Shown one piece after another: positions 14,171-26,310 of a stretch of 64,000 nt of DNA. Within the stretch, counting starts at the first letter, position 1; every line of letters starts with the position of its first letter. This DNA comes from Octopus vulgaris. Its lineage: Eukaryota. A program made the position numbers and the translations under genes. The notes under the pieces were generated by a model. That model made no database searches. It worked only from the letters and a program-made list of their open reading frames with translations, and was not told where the DNA came from. The stretch lies in assembly GCA_951406725.2 (NCBI GenBank), contig OX597830.1:54808001-54872000 (forward strand). The letters are read 5' to 3'.

Positions 14171-14728
14171 TTAACCCCATAACATTGGTTGATGTAAATT
14201 TATGTGCACTGTGTACTCACTTCAATTGGATGGCGAAAATATATGCAGCCCTATCAGCTGAGGTTTTGTACTTGTTTGTGAACCAGTTGATATAAATATC
14301 CGCTATCACTCACAGAATCGATAACAGAGGCCACTGTGCAAATTTCAAGGAATCTGATAGGTTTCTTAGACTCTTCATGTAAATATTTCCAACTCAGTTC
14401 GAGGCTTCATCACCATAATAGTATAAAAAGCATCAGTTTTTGTGGTTACGTCACCAATTCCACGAAGACTTCCTATCATATTCATACAATTTCAGCAAAT
14501 TCTTCTGGTCCTTCATGGAATTTACAATTGCATCCAGCTGTGCCAGCTTCTTTGAAGTTTTGGTTCTTGCAGTGGTGGCACTCTACATAAATAAACGGTG
14601 CATGCTTTAAAGCAGTTGACATAAATATATGCCGAACCATTGTCATGCGCTAATTGCTAACCTTGACCGAGATAATTACTATCAGTGCAACCTAGTTGCC
14701 AGATAAAAATGCACTATCATGGGGTTAA
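14171..14728. mobile_element. Possible piggyBac-like non-autonomous element
   Basis: TTAA-CCCCAT…ATGGGG-TTAA ends; only a 6-bp TIR match. Confidence 0.4.
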
Positions 14729-15041
14729 ATCATCATTGTCATCATTATTATAATCATCAACATCATCATCATCATCACCACCAGCACCACCACCCTCATC
14801 ATCATTGAATGTCCATTTTTCTATCCTAGCATAGGTTGGACAGTTTGACAGGATTTCGTGAGTCATGGGGTTACATCAAGTTACAATATCAGTTGTGGCA
14901 TGAGTTTACAGCTGTTCTTTCTGTTGCTAACCCCTTTACAGAGTTTGTTGGATGCCATTTTCATGCCAAGTGCACAAATAATTTATGAAACAGACAGAGT
15001 CAAGACTATTAATATATATATTTCTCTCTCTCTCTCTCTCC

Positions 15042-15112
<71 letters not shown>

Positions 15113-15116
<4 letters not shown>

Positions 15117-15538
15117 GGAGTGGTTGTGTGGTAAGTAGCTTGCTTATGAACCACATGGTTCCGGGTTCAGTCTCACTGCATGGCACCTTGGGCAAGTGTC
15201 TTCTACTATAGCCTCGGGCTGACCAAAGCCTTGTGAGTGGATTTGGTAGACGGAAACTGAAAGAAGCCCGTCGCATATATGTATGTATATATATATATAT
15301 ATATATTTATGTATGTGTGTGTATGTTTGTGTGTCCGTGTTTGTCCCCCCAACATCACTTGACAACCAACGCTGGTGTGTTTACATCCCCGTAACTTAGC
15401 GGTTCGGCAAAAAAGACTGATAGAATAAGTACTAGGCTTACAAAGAATAAGTCCTGGGGTTGATCTGTTTGACTAAAGGTGGTGCTCCAGCATGGCCACA
15501 GTCAAATGACTGAAACAAGTAAAAGAGTAAGAGTAAGA
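15113..15538 (+). mobile_element. SINE family A
   Basis: Near full length with AAACAAGTAAAAGAGTAAGAG tail. Confidence 0.85.
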
Positions 15539-15552
15539 ATATATATATGCTC

Positions 15553-16702
15553 TGAGACCAACTTCCGTCACTTTCCAGGGAGAAAAACTAGAAATAGTTG
15601 ATAGCTTCCGTTACCTAGGTGACCAAGTCAGCGGCGGGGGCAGGCGTGCTGAAAGTGTAACTGCTAGAGTAAGAATAGCTTGGGCAAAGTTCAGAGAGCT
15701 CTTACCTCTGCTGGTGACAAAAGGCCTCTCACACAGAGTAAAAGGCAGACTGTATGATGCGTGTGTACGAACAGCCATGCTACATGGCAGTGAAACATGG
15801 GCCGTGACTGCTGAGGATATGCGTAAGCTCGCAAGAAATGAAGCCAGTATGCTCCGATGGATGTGTAATGTCAGTGTTTATACTTGACAGAGTGTAAGTA
15901 TGTTGAGAGAAAAGCTGGACCTAAGAAGCATCAGTTGTGGTGTGCAAGAGAGACGTTTGCGCTGGTATGGGCATGTGGCGAGAATGGATGAAGATAGTTG
16001 TGTGAAAAAGTGCCACACCCAAGCGGTTGAGGGAACCTGTGGAAGAGGCAGACCCAGGAAAACCTGGGACAAGGTGGTGAAGCACGACCTTCGAACTTTA
16101 GGTCTCACTGAGGAAATGACTAGAGACCGAGACCTCTGGAAGTATGCTGTGTGCGAGAAGACCCGGCAGGACAAGTGAGACCATAACCCGTGGCCTTCTA
16201 CATGGGATGGAGCCAGCCTACGTATGCATACCTTCCCTTCTTGGGACACAAAACTCCACTTGTGAAGACCTGTTGAGGCAAGTGAGGATCAGAATCGAAA
16301 TCGATCAATGGAAATTGCGGATGTGTTACCAGTGCTGGTGGCACGTAAGAGAACCATCCGTTCGTGACCGTTGCCAGCACCGCCCCAACTGGCCTCGTGC
16401 TGGTGGCACGTAAAAAGCACCATCCGTTCGTGTCCGTTGCCATCCTCGCCTGGCCCCCGTGCCGGTGGCACGTAAAAGCACCATCCGTTCGTGGCCGTTT
16501 GCCAGCTCCGTCTGGCATCTGTGCGGGTGGCACGTAAAAAGCACCCACTACACACGGAGTGGTTGGCGTTAGGAAGGGCATCCAGCCGTAGAAACACTGC
16601 CAGGTCAGACTGGGCCTGATGCAGCCTTCTGGCTTCACAGACCCCAGTTGAACCGTCCAACCCATGCTAGCATGGAAAGCAGATGCTAAATGATGATGAT
16701 GA

Positions 16703-16706
<4 letters not shown>
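15553..16706 (+). mobile_element. RTE-clade LINE 3' fragment (RT C-terminus + long 3' UTR ending in (GAT)n)
   Basis: Translates to VDSFRYLGDQVS…AMLHGSETWAV…RRLRWYGHVARM…GRGRPRKTW with one internal stop; stop at 16178. The UTR contains ~63-bp tandem units, GGTTGGCGTTAGGAAGGGCATCC and a (GAT)n tail. Confidence 0.9.
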
Positions 16707-16738
<32 letters not shown>

Positions 16739-17197
16739 CAGTATATAAAAATTCGATTAGAGGTTATGTTAACCTCTTGAAGGGATGGCGTCATGTAAGG
16801 AAATACTGGTTCAATACCTAATATTTTGGGAGGATTAATTTCCTTAGAATAATAGGTATGTATATAAAAGCCATGTAGTTTATATTCATGTAAAGGAAGC
16901 AAAAGGAAATGGAGATAATGAATTTAATAAATGCTTATCATCAATAACAAATCAATCATTAATGATTGATTTGTTGTTGATAAGAAACATTTATTAACTT
17001 TGCTATCTCTGTTTTCTTTTTCTTTCTTTATATGTGTATATAATTGTATGTATGTATGTGTGTATGTATGTATGTATGTATGTATGTATGTATGTATGTG
17101 AGTGTGTGTGTATATATATATAAGTGTGTGTAAAATAAAAATTGGGATTAAAAATGTGTGTTTGTATATAATATATACATATGTATACATATATTTG

Positions 17198-17248
<51 letters not shown>

Positions 17249-17299
17249 GTATTTATATATATATGTATATATGTCTGTGTGTGTGTGTGTGTGTGTATA

Positions 17300-17632
17300 G
17301 GGCCACTGACTGGCTCCCGTGCTGGTGGCATATAAAAAGCACCATTCAAGTGTGGGCATTGCCAGCGTCGCCTGGCTGGCTCCTGTGCAGGTGGCACATA
17401 AAAAGCACCATTTGAGCATGGTCGATGCCAGTACCACCTGACTGGCCCTCGTAAAAGCACACACTACACTCTCAGAGGGGTTGGCGTTAAGAAGGGCATC
17501 CGGCTGTAGAAACTTTGCCAGATCGGATTGGAGACTGGTGCAGCCTTCTGGCTCCCTAGCTCTCAGTCAAACCGTCCAACCCATGCCAGCATGGAAAGCA
17601 GACGTTTAAACGATGATGATGATGATGATGAT
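17300..17632 (+). mobile_element. RTE 3'-UTR-only copy
   Basis: GGTGGCACATAAAAAGCACC units, GGTTGGCGTTAAGAAGGGCATCC, (GAT)n tail. Confidence 0.7.
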
Positions 17633-17635
17633 CTG

Positions 17636-18125
<490 letters not shown>

Positions 18126-18964
18126 GTATATAGTACGTATCAGCTACACACATCTGCTATGTGCCTCAAGGTGAACTGTAATCAACAAAAGCTAGTTCGT
18201 TCATTAATGTGATACAAACCAATTATTTATATTTTTTGACAGAGACAAATAGCTTTTGCTTTTACTTAACCATATTATCGGAAGACTTTTGTCTAAGTTT
18301 ATGTGTCTGTCTGCTATGGTTCCTGGGGGTGGAAATTGGTACATTCTGTCTGCTTTACAACAGTGCCATTGATTTTTATATATAATAGTGTAGATTTTGG
18401 GTCTATTACTTGTGTAGGTAGTGGCGGTGGTGATGTGGTGGTGGTGGTGGTGGTGGTGGTGGTGGCGGCAGCGATGATGGTAGGGGAGGCAGTGGTGGTG
18501 GTGGTGGCAGTGGTAATGGTTTTGCTAGTGATTTTTACTGGTTGCTATAGTGGTAGTGATTGTAGTAGTGGTGTTCTTGTTGTTAGTGGTAGTAATGATG
18601 GTGGTGGTAATGGTGGTGGTGTGTGTGATGTGTGATGTTGTGGTGGTAGTGATTGTAGTAGTGGTAGTAATGATGGTAGTGTTGGTGGTGGTGGTTTGTG
18701 ATGGTTGTAGTGGTATTCTTGTTAGTGGTAGTAATAATGGTGGCGGTAGTGGTGGTGGCGGTGGTGGCACTAACCATAGGCTATTTTTTTCCTATCTAAT
18801 TACTAGAATTCCTTCAACGAGGAAGGAACAATCTCTTAACAAAGACATCAAGTTCCATTGCCAGAATTTAGATAACAACGATAGCAAAGAGTTACATGTT
18901 AAAAATTCTAGAAAAATCTGGCATATTTTTACTGTTTTGCTTATAGGATTGTCTTTGTAAATTG

Positions 18965-19635
18965 TATTTAATCTGGTATAACATGTTATAACTTGGTATA
19001 ACTTGGTATAAATTATGATAACTTGCTATCATCATCATCATCATCATTTAGCGTCCGTTTTCCATGCTAGCATGGGTTGGACGGTTCAACTGGGGTCTGT
19101 GAAGCCAGAAGGCTGCATCAGGCCCAGTCTGATCTGGCAGTGTTTCTACAGCTGGATGCCCTTCCTAATGCCAACCACTCCGCGAGTGTAGTGGGTGCTT
19201 TTTACGTGCCACCTGCACAGGAGCCAGACGGAGCTGGCAAACGGCCACAAACGGATGGTGCTTTTACGTGCCACCGGCACGGGGGCCAGGTGAGGCTGGC
19301 AACGGACACAAACGGATGGTGCTTTTTACGTGCCACCGGCACGGGGGCCAGGCGAGGCTGGCAATGGCCACGAACGGATGGTGCTTTTTACGTGTAGCTT
19401 TGTATAATCTGGAATAACATTGTATAACCTGCTATAACAACATAATTCCGTATAACTTGGTATAATTTGTTATAACATTATATGACTCAGTATAACTTGA
19501 CAAAACCTGGTATAACTTGGTATAGCATGGTATAACTTGATGTAAGTTGGATTGGTTGATTTATGATAACCTGGTATAATTTGGTATAATGTATAAAACC
19601 TGCAATAACTTGGGTCAAACCTAGTATAATTTAAG
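18965..19635. repeat. Degenerate 10-bp satellite (GGTATAACTT)n
   Basis: Repeated TATAACTTGG units, interrupted by an RTE UTR copy. Confidence 0.7.
19028..19395 (-). mobile_element. RTE 3'-UTR-only copy inserted in a 10-bp satellite
   Basis: Near-identical reverse complement of ~16400-16706. Confidence 0.78.
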
Positions 19636-20102
19636 TAACATTCTTTGCCTTTTAAATACAAGCATTTTGAGATTGTTTCCCAAATGTTTACTGCCATACC
19701 AAAGTGTATCAACAATCCACCACATTCCTCCTCTTCCTCCTTCTTCTCTTCTCCATCACCATGGTCATCATCATCATCATCATCATAATTGTCGCTCTCT
19801 TGTTGAGCAGACACTCTTCTTCTATCACCGGCAGCACTTGCCTGTTTCCAAATAAAGTAATATTTACAGCACAATCATTGCTGTGTGGTATAAGATTGCA
19901 AATGAATGATACCACTTGTATGACAATGATGTTTGATTACACTTAGGGTAAAATGTTAAATGAAAGAGACACAAACACACTCTCGTGTTCATCCACTTAA
20001 ATATATACGTGGGTTTGTTTACAAATTTATATATTTATAAACAAACCCAAAGGCTGTAAATTATGGTAAAAGCAACACATATAGGTCCTTTTTAATAATA
20101 AC

Positions 20103-20367
20103 TATAATTATATTATATTACTTACAATAATATATGCTCCATTTGAAGTGACTAAACCTAAACAAATGACTGGAAAAAAAAAGTGGGTAGAACCACTGGG
20201 AATTGAACATGACACCAATGCTTACATATGGACCCAATCCACCCACAAGGTCTACCTATCGATTTCAGCTAATTTTAGTTTAGAATATATATTTACAAAT
20301 TTGTAAACAAATTTAGTTGCTTTAAATGGAGCATATATTATTGTAAGTAATAATTATAGTAATTATA
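20103..20367. repeat. Inverted repeat (~50-bp arms), MITE-like
   Basis: TATTACTTACAATAATATATGCTCCATTT / AAATGGAGCATATATTATTGTAAGTAATA. Confidence 0.7.
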
Positions 20368-20383
20368 AATATATATATATATA

Positions 20384-20600
20384 TCATCATCATCATCATC
20401 ATCATCGTTTAACGTCCGTTTTCCGCGCTAGCACGGGTTGGACGGTTTCGACCGGGGTCTGGGGAGCTCGGGACTGCCCCAGGCTCCAGTCTAGTCTGGC
20501 AGTGTTTCTACAGCTGGATGCCCTTCCTAACGCCAACCACTCCGCGAGTGTAGTGGGTGTTTTTTACGTGCCACCTGCACAGGTGCCAGAGGGGTCTGGC
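20384..20600 (-). mobile_element. Short RTE 3'-UTR-only copy next to the CR1-type LINE tail
   Basis: (CAT)n plus conserved UTR core; TA repeats on both sides. Confidence 0.72.
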
Positions 20601-20610
20601 ATATATATAT

Positions 20611-23577
20611 TACTCTTTTACTCTTTTACTTGTTTCAGCCATCCGGCTGAGGCCATGCTGGGGCACCGCCCTTGTTGCTACCCTCTCTAAGTCCAGTTTG
20701 CCGTGGCTGGCCACTGATCTAAGAGAGAGTTTGTAGCTGCTGCCCTTAGGTTACCTTCGTACCTTGCAGTGGGTTCATCTGGGATCCCGGAAAGCAGCTT
20801 GTCTAGATGTTTTTTGAAAATGTCCACATCCGCATCATGTAGATCTCTTAGTTTTCTTGGCAGTTTGTTGAACAGCTGAGGGCCCCTGAACCCCAGGCTA
20901 TTACAGTATCTGCTCCTTACCCTGGATGTGGAAGACGGGACCTTTGGCACCACACAGTGACGACCTGTACGGGGATTGGAACAGCTCTCAATTCCAAAAT
21001 TTGGTGCTAGTCCCTCCAGGATTTTCCATATGTATATCACTGCATATCTCTCTCGTCTTCGTTCCAAGGAGTACAAATTGAGTTCCCTAAGCCTCTCCCA
21101 ATAGTTCTTTTCTTTCATGGTGGAAATCCTCTTGGTGAAATGTCTTTGGATTGTCTCAAGCTCTGTGGTTAGTTTGACACTATGCGGTGACCACAGTTGG
21201 GAGCAGTAGTCTAGGCGGCTTAGGACAAATGTCCTCCATAGTGTCAACATGGTCTCGCAGTCTCTTGTCCGGAATGTCCTCAGGATCCAGCCAGTGAGTC
21301 GTCTGCACATTGTCGCCACCTTCGCGATGTGTGAAGAAAAAGATGCATCGTCACTCATGTCTATCCCCAGGTCCCGTATTGATTTCGATACTGGGATTTC
21401 GATCCCTCCTGGACCAGTATAGTTGTGTTGTAATGTATATGTGTTTACAGCTTGATATTGTAAGGCTTGAAATTTACCAGCATTAAATTGCATGTTGTTG
21501 TCTTCAGCCCATTTGTATATGGCATCCAGATCTTGTTGTAAAAGGTCAGCATCAGCTGGGTTTTTGATTGCCTGTGCTACCTTTGTGTCATCAGCATAGC
21601 TAGTGAGGGATGTTGTTTGTGCTACCAAGGGCATGTCAGAGAGCGCCACCAAAAACAGCAAGGGTCCCAAGACTGTGCCCTGTGGCACCCCGCTTGCTAT
21701 TGGTGTCTTTCCCGAGAGGGCTCCATTGGCTGCAACCATCTGGCTTCTGTCCTTCAGGAAGTCATGTATCCACTCACCTACTTTTCCTGTTATGCCGAGT
21801 CTGAGTAATTTGTGACATATCACTCCGTGGTCGACTTTGTCAAAGGCCTTCGCAAAGTCGAGATAAACCACATCCACCTGTGAGCGATCCAGTAGTTGTT
21901 TCAGTACCCAGTCGTAGTGTTGTAACAGCTGCGTAAGGCAGCTTCTTCCTGGGCGAAAGCCATGCTGTGTGTCAGTGAGACGGTTAGTTTCTTCGAGGAA
22001 CGTGATCAGTTTTTTTCTGATGATTCGTTCCATGACCTTACTTATGTGTGACGTCAGGGAGACTGGCCTGTAGTTTTTTGCCTCTGCTCTACTCCCTCCT
22101 TTGTGGATAGGGCATATGGTGCCTTCTTTTAGCGCCCTGGGCAGTTTACCGTTAGCCAAGGAACCACTGAAGAGCATCTTCAGTGGTCCCGCTAGGGCAT
22201 GCCTGCATGTTTTTAGGAGGACTGCTGGGAATCCATCTGGTCCAGCAGCTGAGTTTATTCTCATTTCTTCTATGGCAGATATTACATCCCTCTCTGTTAT
22301 GTCTATGTGGTCGATGGTTGTTGTTTGGTTTTGGAGTGTTGTGGCATCAAAGAAAACTTCTGGGTTTGTGATTTGCATGTGCCCCAGAGGGGATGTGAAC
22401 ACACTTTTATACTGTTCCTTTAGTATTTCACTTATCCCTTGGGGGTCCTCAGTTAGAGAGCCCTTTTTATCAAAGAGTGGGCCAATCTTGCAGTGTACCG
22501 AGGTGGTTTCTTTCGCAAATTTAAAGAAAGCTTTAGGGTTTGTTTTAATATTCTCTATGGCCCTGGCTTCTCTCTCTGCCCTCTCCTTCTCATAGGAAAG
22601 TTTGAGTGCAGTTTCCGTTTCAAAAAGTTTCAGGTGGAGTCCCTTATTGTTTCTCTGCCGTGCATTCAGTTGCTTCGAGAGCTTAGCTCTTCGCCTCATA
22701 AGTATTTTCCTGTCTCTGGGAATAACGTTCCTATGCCCGCTGGCTTTTTTCTCCGGGACAAACTTATGGCATATGTTCTGTATTGTTGTCATGAAATGTT
22801 GGAAATGTGTGTTGGTCTCTTGTGTGGTGATGAAGTCACTCCAGTCATGTTTTCGGATCTCTTCGTTGATCTTCTTCCAGTTTGCCTTATGGAAGTTTAG
22901 ACTGGATAGGCCTGTGGTATTTTCTAATGGCTGCGTCTCAACTAACTCTCTCATACCATATATCATTACCTCTACTAAGTTGTGATCTGAGAGAATTGTA
23001 GGTGTTACCATTATGTTGTGGATGAGCATCGGGTTGCTTGTGAAACAGAGGTCCAAGACATTCTCACCTCTTGTTGGCCGAAGCACTGCTTGTTCCATGA
23101 AAAACTTGCGTGTGAGAGCCAACAAGGACTCTGTCTGTCTCTGTTCAAGTGATGTCATTCCAGGGAGGAGATGGCCATCTGGCCATTTGACTTTCGGAAG
23201 GTTAAAATCTCCCAGCAGTAGAATGGTGTTACCCTGGTCCAGTTTGTCCAGGACTTCTTCTATTCTTCTGAGGCTATCTTCAAACACTCCTTCATGACTA
23301 GGGGTGTCTGGTGGCCGATATGTGACACATATTACTATTTTCGGTTGTTTCATGTGTACTATCAGTGTGTCACAGACTGAGTTTGAGTGTGTCAACAGTA
23401 CTATGGGTGTGACATCTTCACGGACGTACAGGGCAACCCCACCATGAGTTCTTTCCTTCCTGTCTGACCGAAAAACAGTATACTTTGGTACGTGTATTTC
23501 TGCATCTGCTATACTGCTTGACAGGTGCGTTTCAGTCAGCGCTATGCATATTGCATGGTTGCTTGTGCTTAAGTCCC

Positions 23578-23578
<1 letters not shown>
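20611..23578 (-). mobile_element. CR1/L2-group LINE, 5'-truncated, recently inserted into a (TA)n tract
   Basis: Uninterrupted ORF2, a ~76-nt 3' UTR with hairpin TCAGCC-GGAT-GGCTGA, and a terminal (GAGTAAAA)n repeat; (TA)n on both flanks. Confidence 0.93.
20687..23578 (-). CDS. LINE ORF2: apurinic-like endonuclease + reverse transcriptase (N-terminally truncated, 963 codons plus stop)
   Basis: The frame stays open upstream of the listed 902-aa ORF (…IALTETHL…[19 protein letters not shown]…). APE motifs YRPP, LGDFN, LDLCF, SDHNLV; RT motifs [47 protein letters not shown]; CR1-like C-terminus SLERRRER. No native ATG. Confidence 0.92.
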
Positions 23579-23652
<74 letters not shown>

Positions 23653-23711
23653 ATATATGTATTTATGTATGTATGTATATATATGTATTTATATATGTAT
23701 GTATATATATA

Positions 23712-23747
<36 letters not shown>

Positions 23748-23791
23748 CAGAAGAAAAGAAAATGGAGAAAAGGAAGTTAACAATAATTTAT

Positions 23792-24005
23792 TCTGTTCTA
23801 CTCTAGGCACAAATCCCAAAATCTTGGAGGAGAGGGCCAGTCGATTAGATCGACCCCAGTACGCAACTGGTACTTAATTTATCGACCCCGAAAGGATGAA
23901 AGGCAATGTTGACCTCAGCGGAATTTGAACTCAGAACATAAAGACAGACGAAACACCGATAAGCTTTTCACCCGGCGTGCTAACGTTTCTGCCAGCTCTC
24001 CACCT
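23792..24005 (-). mobile_element. SINE family B with TSD
   Basis: Flanked by AGTTAACAAT(A/C)ATTTATT direct repeats. Confidence 0.78.
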
Positions 24006-24031
24006 TAGTTAACAATCATTTATTATCAACG

Positions 24032-24230
24032 AATTGGTCTTCTTCACTTCTTACAACCATTTCAATTAATACTCGATAATTTAATAACAAATTTGTACAT
24101 TAGTTTTGCATTTATTTTTTTTCTGATGAAAATATGCTCATATCACATAAATACAAATTTAATGTAGAAATTCGTAACTAAATTATTGAGTATTAATTGA
24201 AACGGTTGTAAGAAGTGAAGATGACCAATT
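24032..24230. repeat. Imperfect inverted repeat (~80-bp arms)
   Basis: AATTGGTCTTCTTCACTTCTTACAACC… / …GGTTGTAAGAAGTGAAGATGACCAATT. Confidence 0.8.
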
Positions 24231-24633
24231 TACTCTTTTACTCTTTTACTTGTTTCAGTCATTTGACTGCGGCCATGTTGGAGCACCGCCTTTAGTTGAG
24301 CAAATCGACCCTGGGACTTATTCTTTGTAAGCCCAGTACTTATTCTATCGGTCTCTTTTGCCGAACCGCTAAGTGACGGGGACGTAAACACACCAGCATC
24401 GGTTGTCAAGCAATGCTAGGGGGACAAACACAGATACACAAACACACACACATATACATATATATATACATATATACGACAGGCTTCTTTCAGTTTCCGT
24501 CTACCAAATCCACTCACAAGGCTTTGGTCAGCCCGGGGCTATAGCAGAAGACACTTGCCCAAGGTGCCATGCAGTGGGACTGAACCCGAAACCATGTGGC
24601 TGGTAAGCAAGCTACTAACCACACAGCCACTCC
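24231..24633 (-). mobile_element. SINE family A
   Basis: Terminal 60 nt match the LINE 3' end (20611-20670) at 53/60 positions. Confidence 0.85.
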
Positions 24634-24989
24634 GAATTTTTTCTAAGATAGTAGTGGTGTAATTTGAGTACTATTTAACTACTGTTTTCAGCAGGATAAG
24701 CAAGATAAGGAGGATAAGCAGCTTAGGGCTCTAAATATGTTGAGAAATGGTAGAGAAATTGCTGATTAAATCAACCCTGCTATGACAACCTGCTAAAAAT
24801 AACAGCTGAATCATAGTATTAAAAATGGAAGGATTCCTGAAATCATGTAGGTGTATAACCATTATGTGTGGAATAAAAGACACGTAAGAGTCAAGGCTGG
24901 GATGTTTGTTCATACATGTATTTGACAGATCAGGACCGTTCAAGGGCCAAACAACAATATCAAGAAAGGGAACATTATATAATAGAAAG

Positions 24990-25288
24990 AACCATCCGAA
25001 CATAGCCGTTGCCAGCACCACCTCAAATGGCCTCCATGCCAGTGGTATGTAAAAAGCACCAACCGATCATGGCCGTTGCCAGCCTTGCCTGGCACCTGTG
25101 CCGGTGGCATGTAAAAAGCACCCACTACACTCACAGAGTGGTTGGCGTTAGGAAGGGCATCCAGCTGTAGAAACACTGCCAAATCAGACTGGAGCCTGGT
25201 GCAGCTTCCTGGCTTCCCAGACCCTGGTCAAACCATCCAACCCATGCTAGCATGGAAAACGGACGTTAAACGATGATGATGATGATGA
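24990..25288 (+). mobile_element. RTE 3'-UTR-only copy
   Basis: Same UTR core and (GAT)n tail. Confidence 0.7.
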
Positions 25289-25783
25289 GACACACTGTAA
25301 CTAGATGATAGATCTGATGGTCACAGCTGGAATGTCTTTGATCATAGGTCTAATAGATTAGGCCTGACCCGGGGTTAAATAAACAGTGAGATCAATAAAG
25401 AGAGCATTGAACAATATATTCCTAGATACACTGTGTCTGTATGTTAGACATGATGGTCACAGCTGGAATATCTTTGATCATAGGTCTGCTGGAATAAGAT
25501 TAAACAAGGGTTAAATAAATAAGATCATTAAAGAGAACATTAACCAATATAGTCCTAGATACATTGTGTCTGTAATAGACGTGATGGTCACAACTTGAAT
25601 GTCTTTGATCATTGGCCTCATGGATTAAGATTGACCAAGGGTTAAATAAATAAGATCATTAAAGGAAGCATTAAACAATATAGTCCTAGATACATTGTGT
25701 CTGTAATAGACGTGATGGTCACAACTTGAATGTCTTTGATCTTTGGCCTAATGGATTAAGATTGACCAAGGGTTAAATAAATA
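25289..25783. repeat. ~131-bp tandem repeat, about 3.8 copies
   Basis: CCTAGATACA…GATGGTCACA…TCTTTGATC…GGGTTAAATAAA recurs at ~131-bp spacing. Confidence 0.85.
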
Positions 25784-26227
25784 ACCACCATGAGCAACAA
25801 CAACCCCATGTAAGACTAATATATACTTGATATACTTCTGGAAAGTTGAAATGGTAGTGTGTCTTCTTGCTTGAATTGACCTCAGACATTAAGGATACTC
25901 AGGAAATACTAAATATGGTAATTGTGTCCAACAGTTTACCGATTCCATCATCCACTGCAGACATAACAGAATAATAACTGCTATCATTTTCTCTCTTTCT
26001 CTCTATCTTTTCTCTGTGTGTGTGTGTGTGTGCGTGTGTGTGTGTGTGTGTGTGTGCATGCATGTGTATACATATATGTGTATATGTATATGCATGTATT
26101 TGTATGTGTGTGTGTATATATGTATGTATGTATATATATTTGCATATATATGTGTGTGTGTGTGTATGTGTGTGTGTGTGTGTTTGTATTATATACATGT
26201 ATGTATATATGTATGCATGTATATATA

Positions 26228-26258
<31 letters not shown>

Positions 26259-26259
26259 T

Positions 26260-26310
<51 letters not shown>

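Noticed and set aside
16330-16550. Repeat-spacer-like array (GGTGGCACGTAAAAAGCACC + variable spacer) resembling CRISPR
   Set aside because: Spacers are homologous to each other, the context is a eukaryotic LINE UTR, and there are no cas genes.
18303-18960. Val/Gly-rich ORFs, and similar poly-amino-acid ORFs at 26.7, 35.5-36.3 and 61.1-61.8 kb
   Set aside because: Trinucleotide low-complexity tracts with no domain or splice support.
19700-19870. Acidic ORF segment (ASAAGDRRR…DDDD…EEEE) after an AG
   Set aside because: Acidity comes from (GAT)/(GAG) repeats; no donor site or homology evidence.
21603-23297. Plus-strand ORFs of 60-164 aa
   Set aside because: Antisense shadows of the LINE ORF2.
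25899-25990. Sulfatase-like peptide YYSVMSAVDDGIGKLLDT
   Set aside because: Only ~18 aa, closed by a stop and preceded by microsatellite; no other sulfatase motif found. Kept only as an exon candidate.
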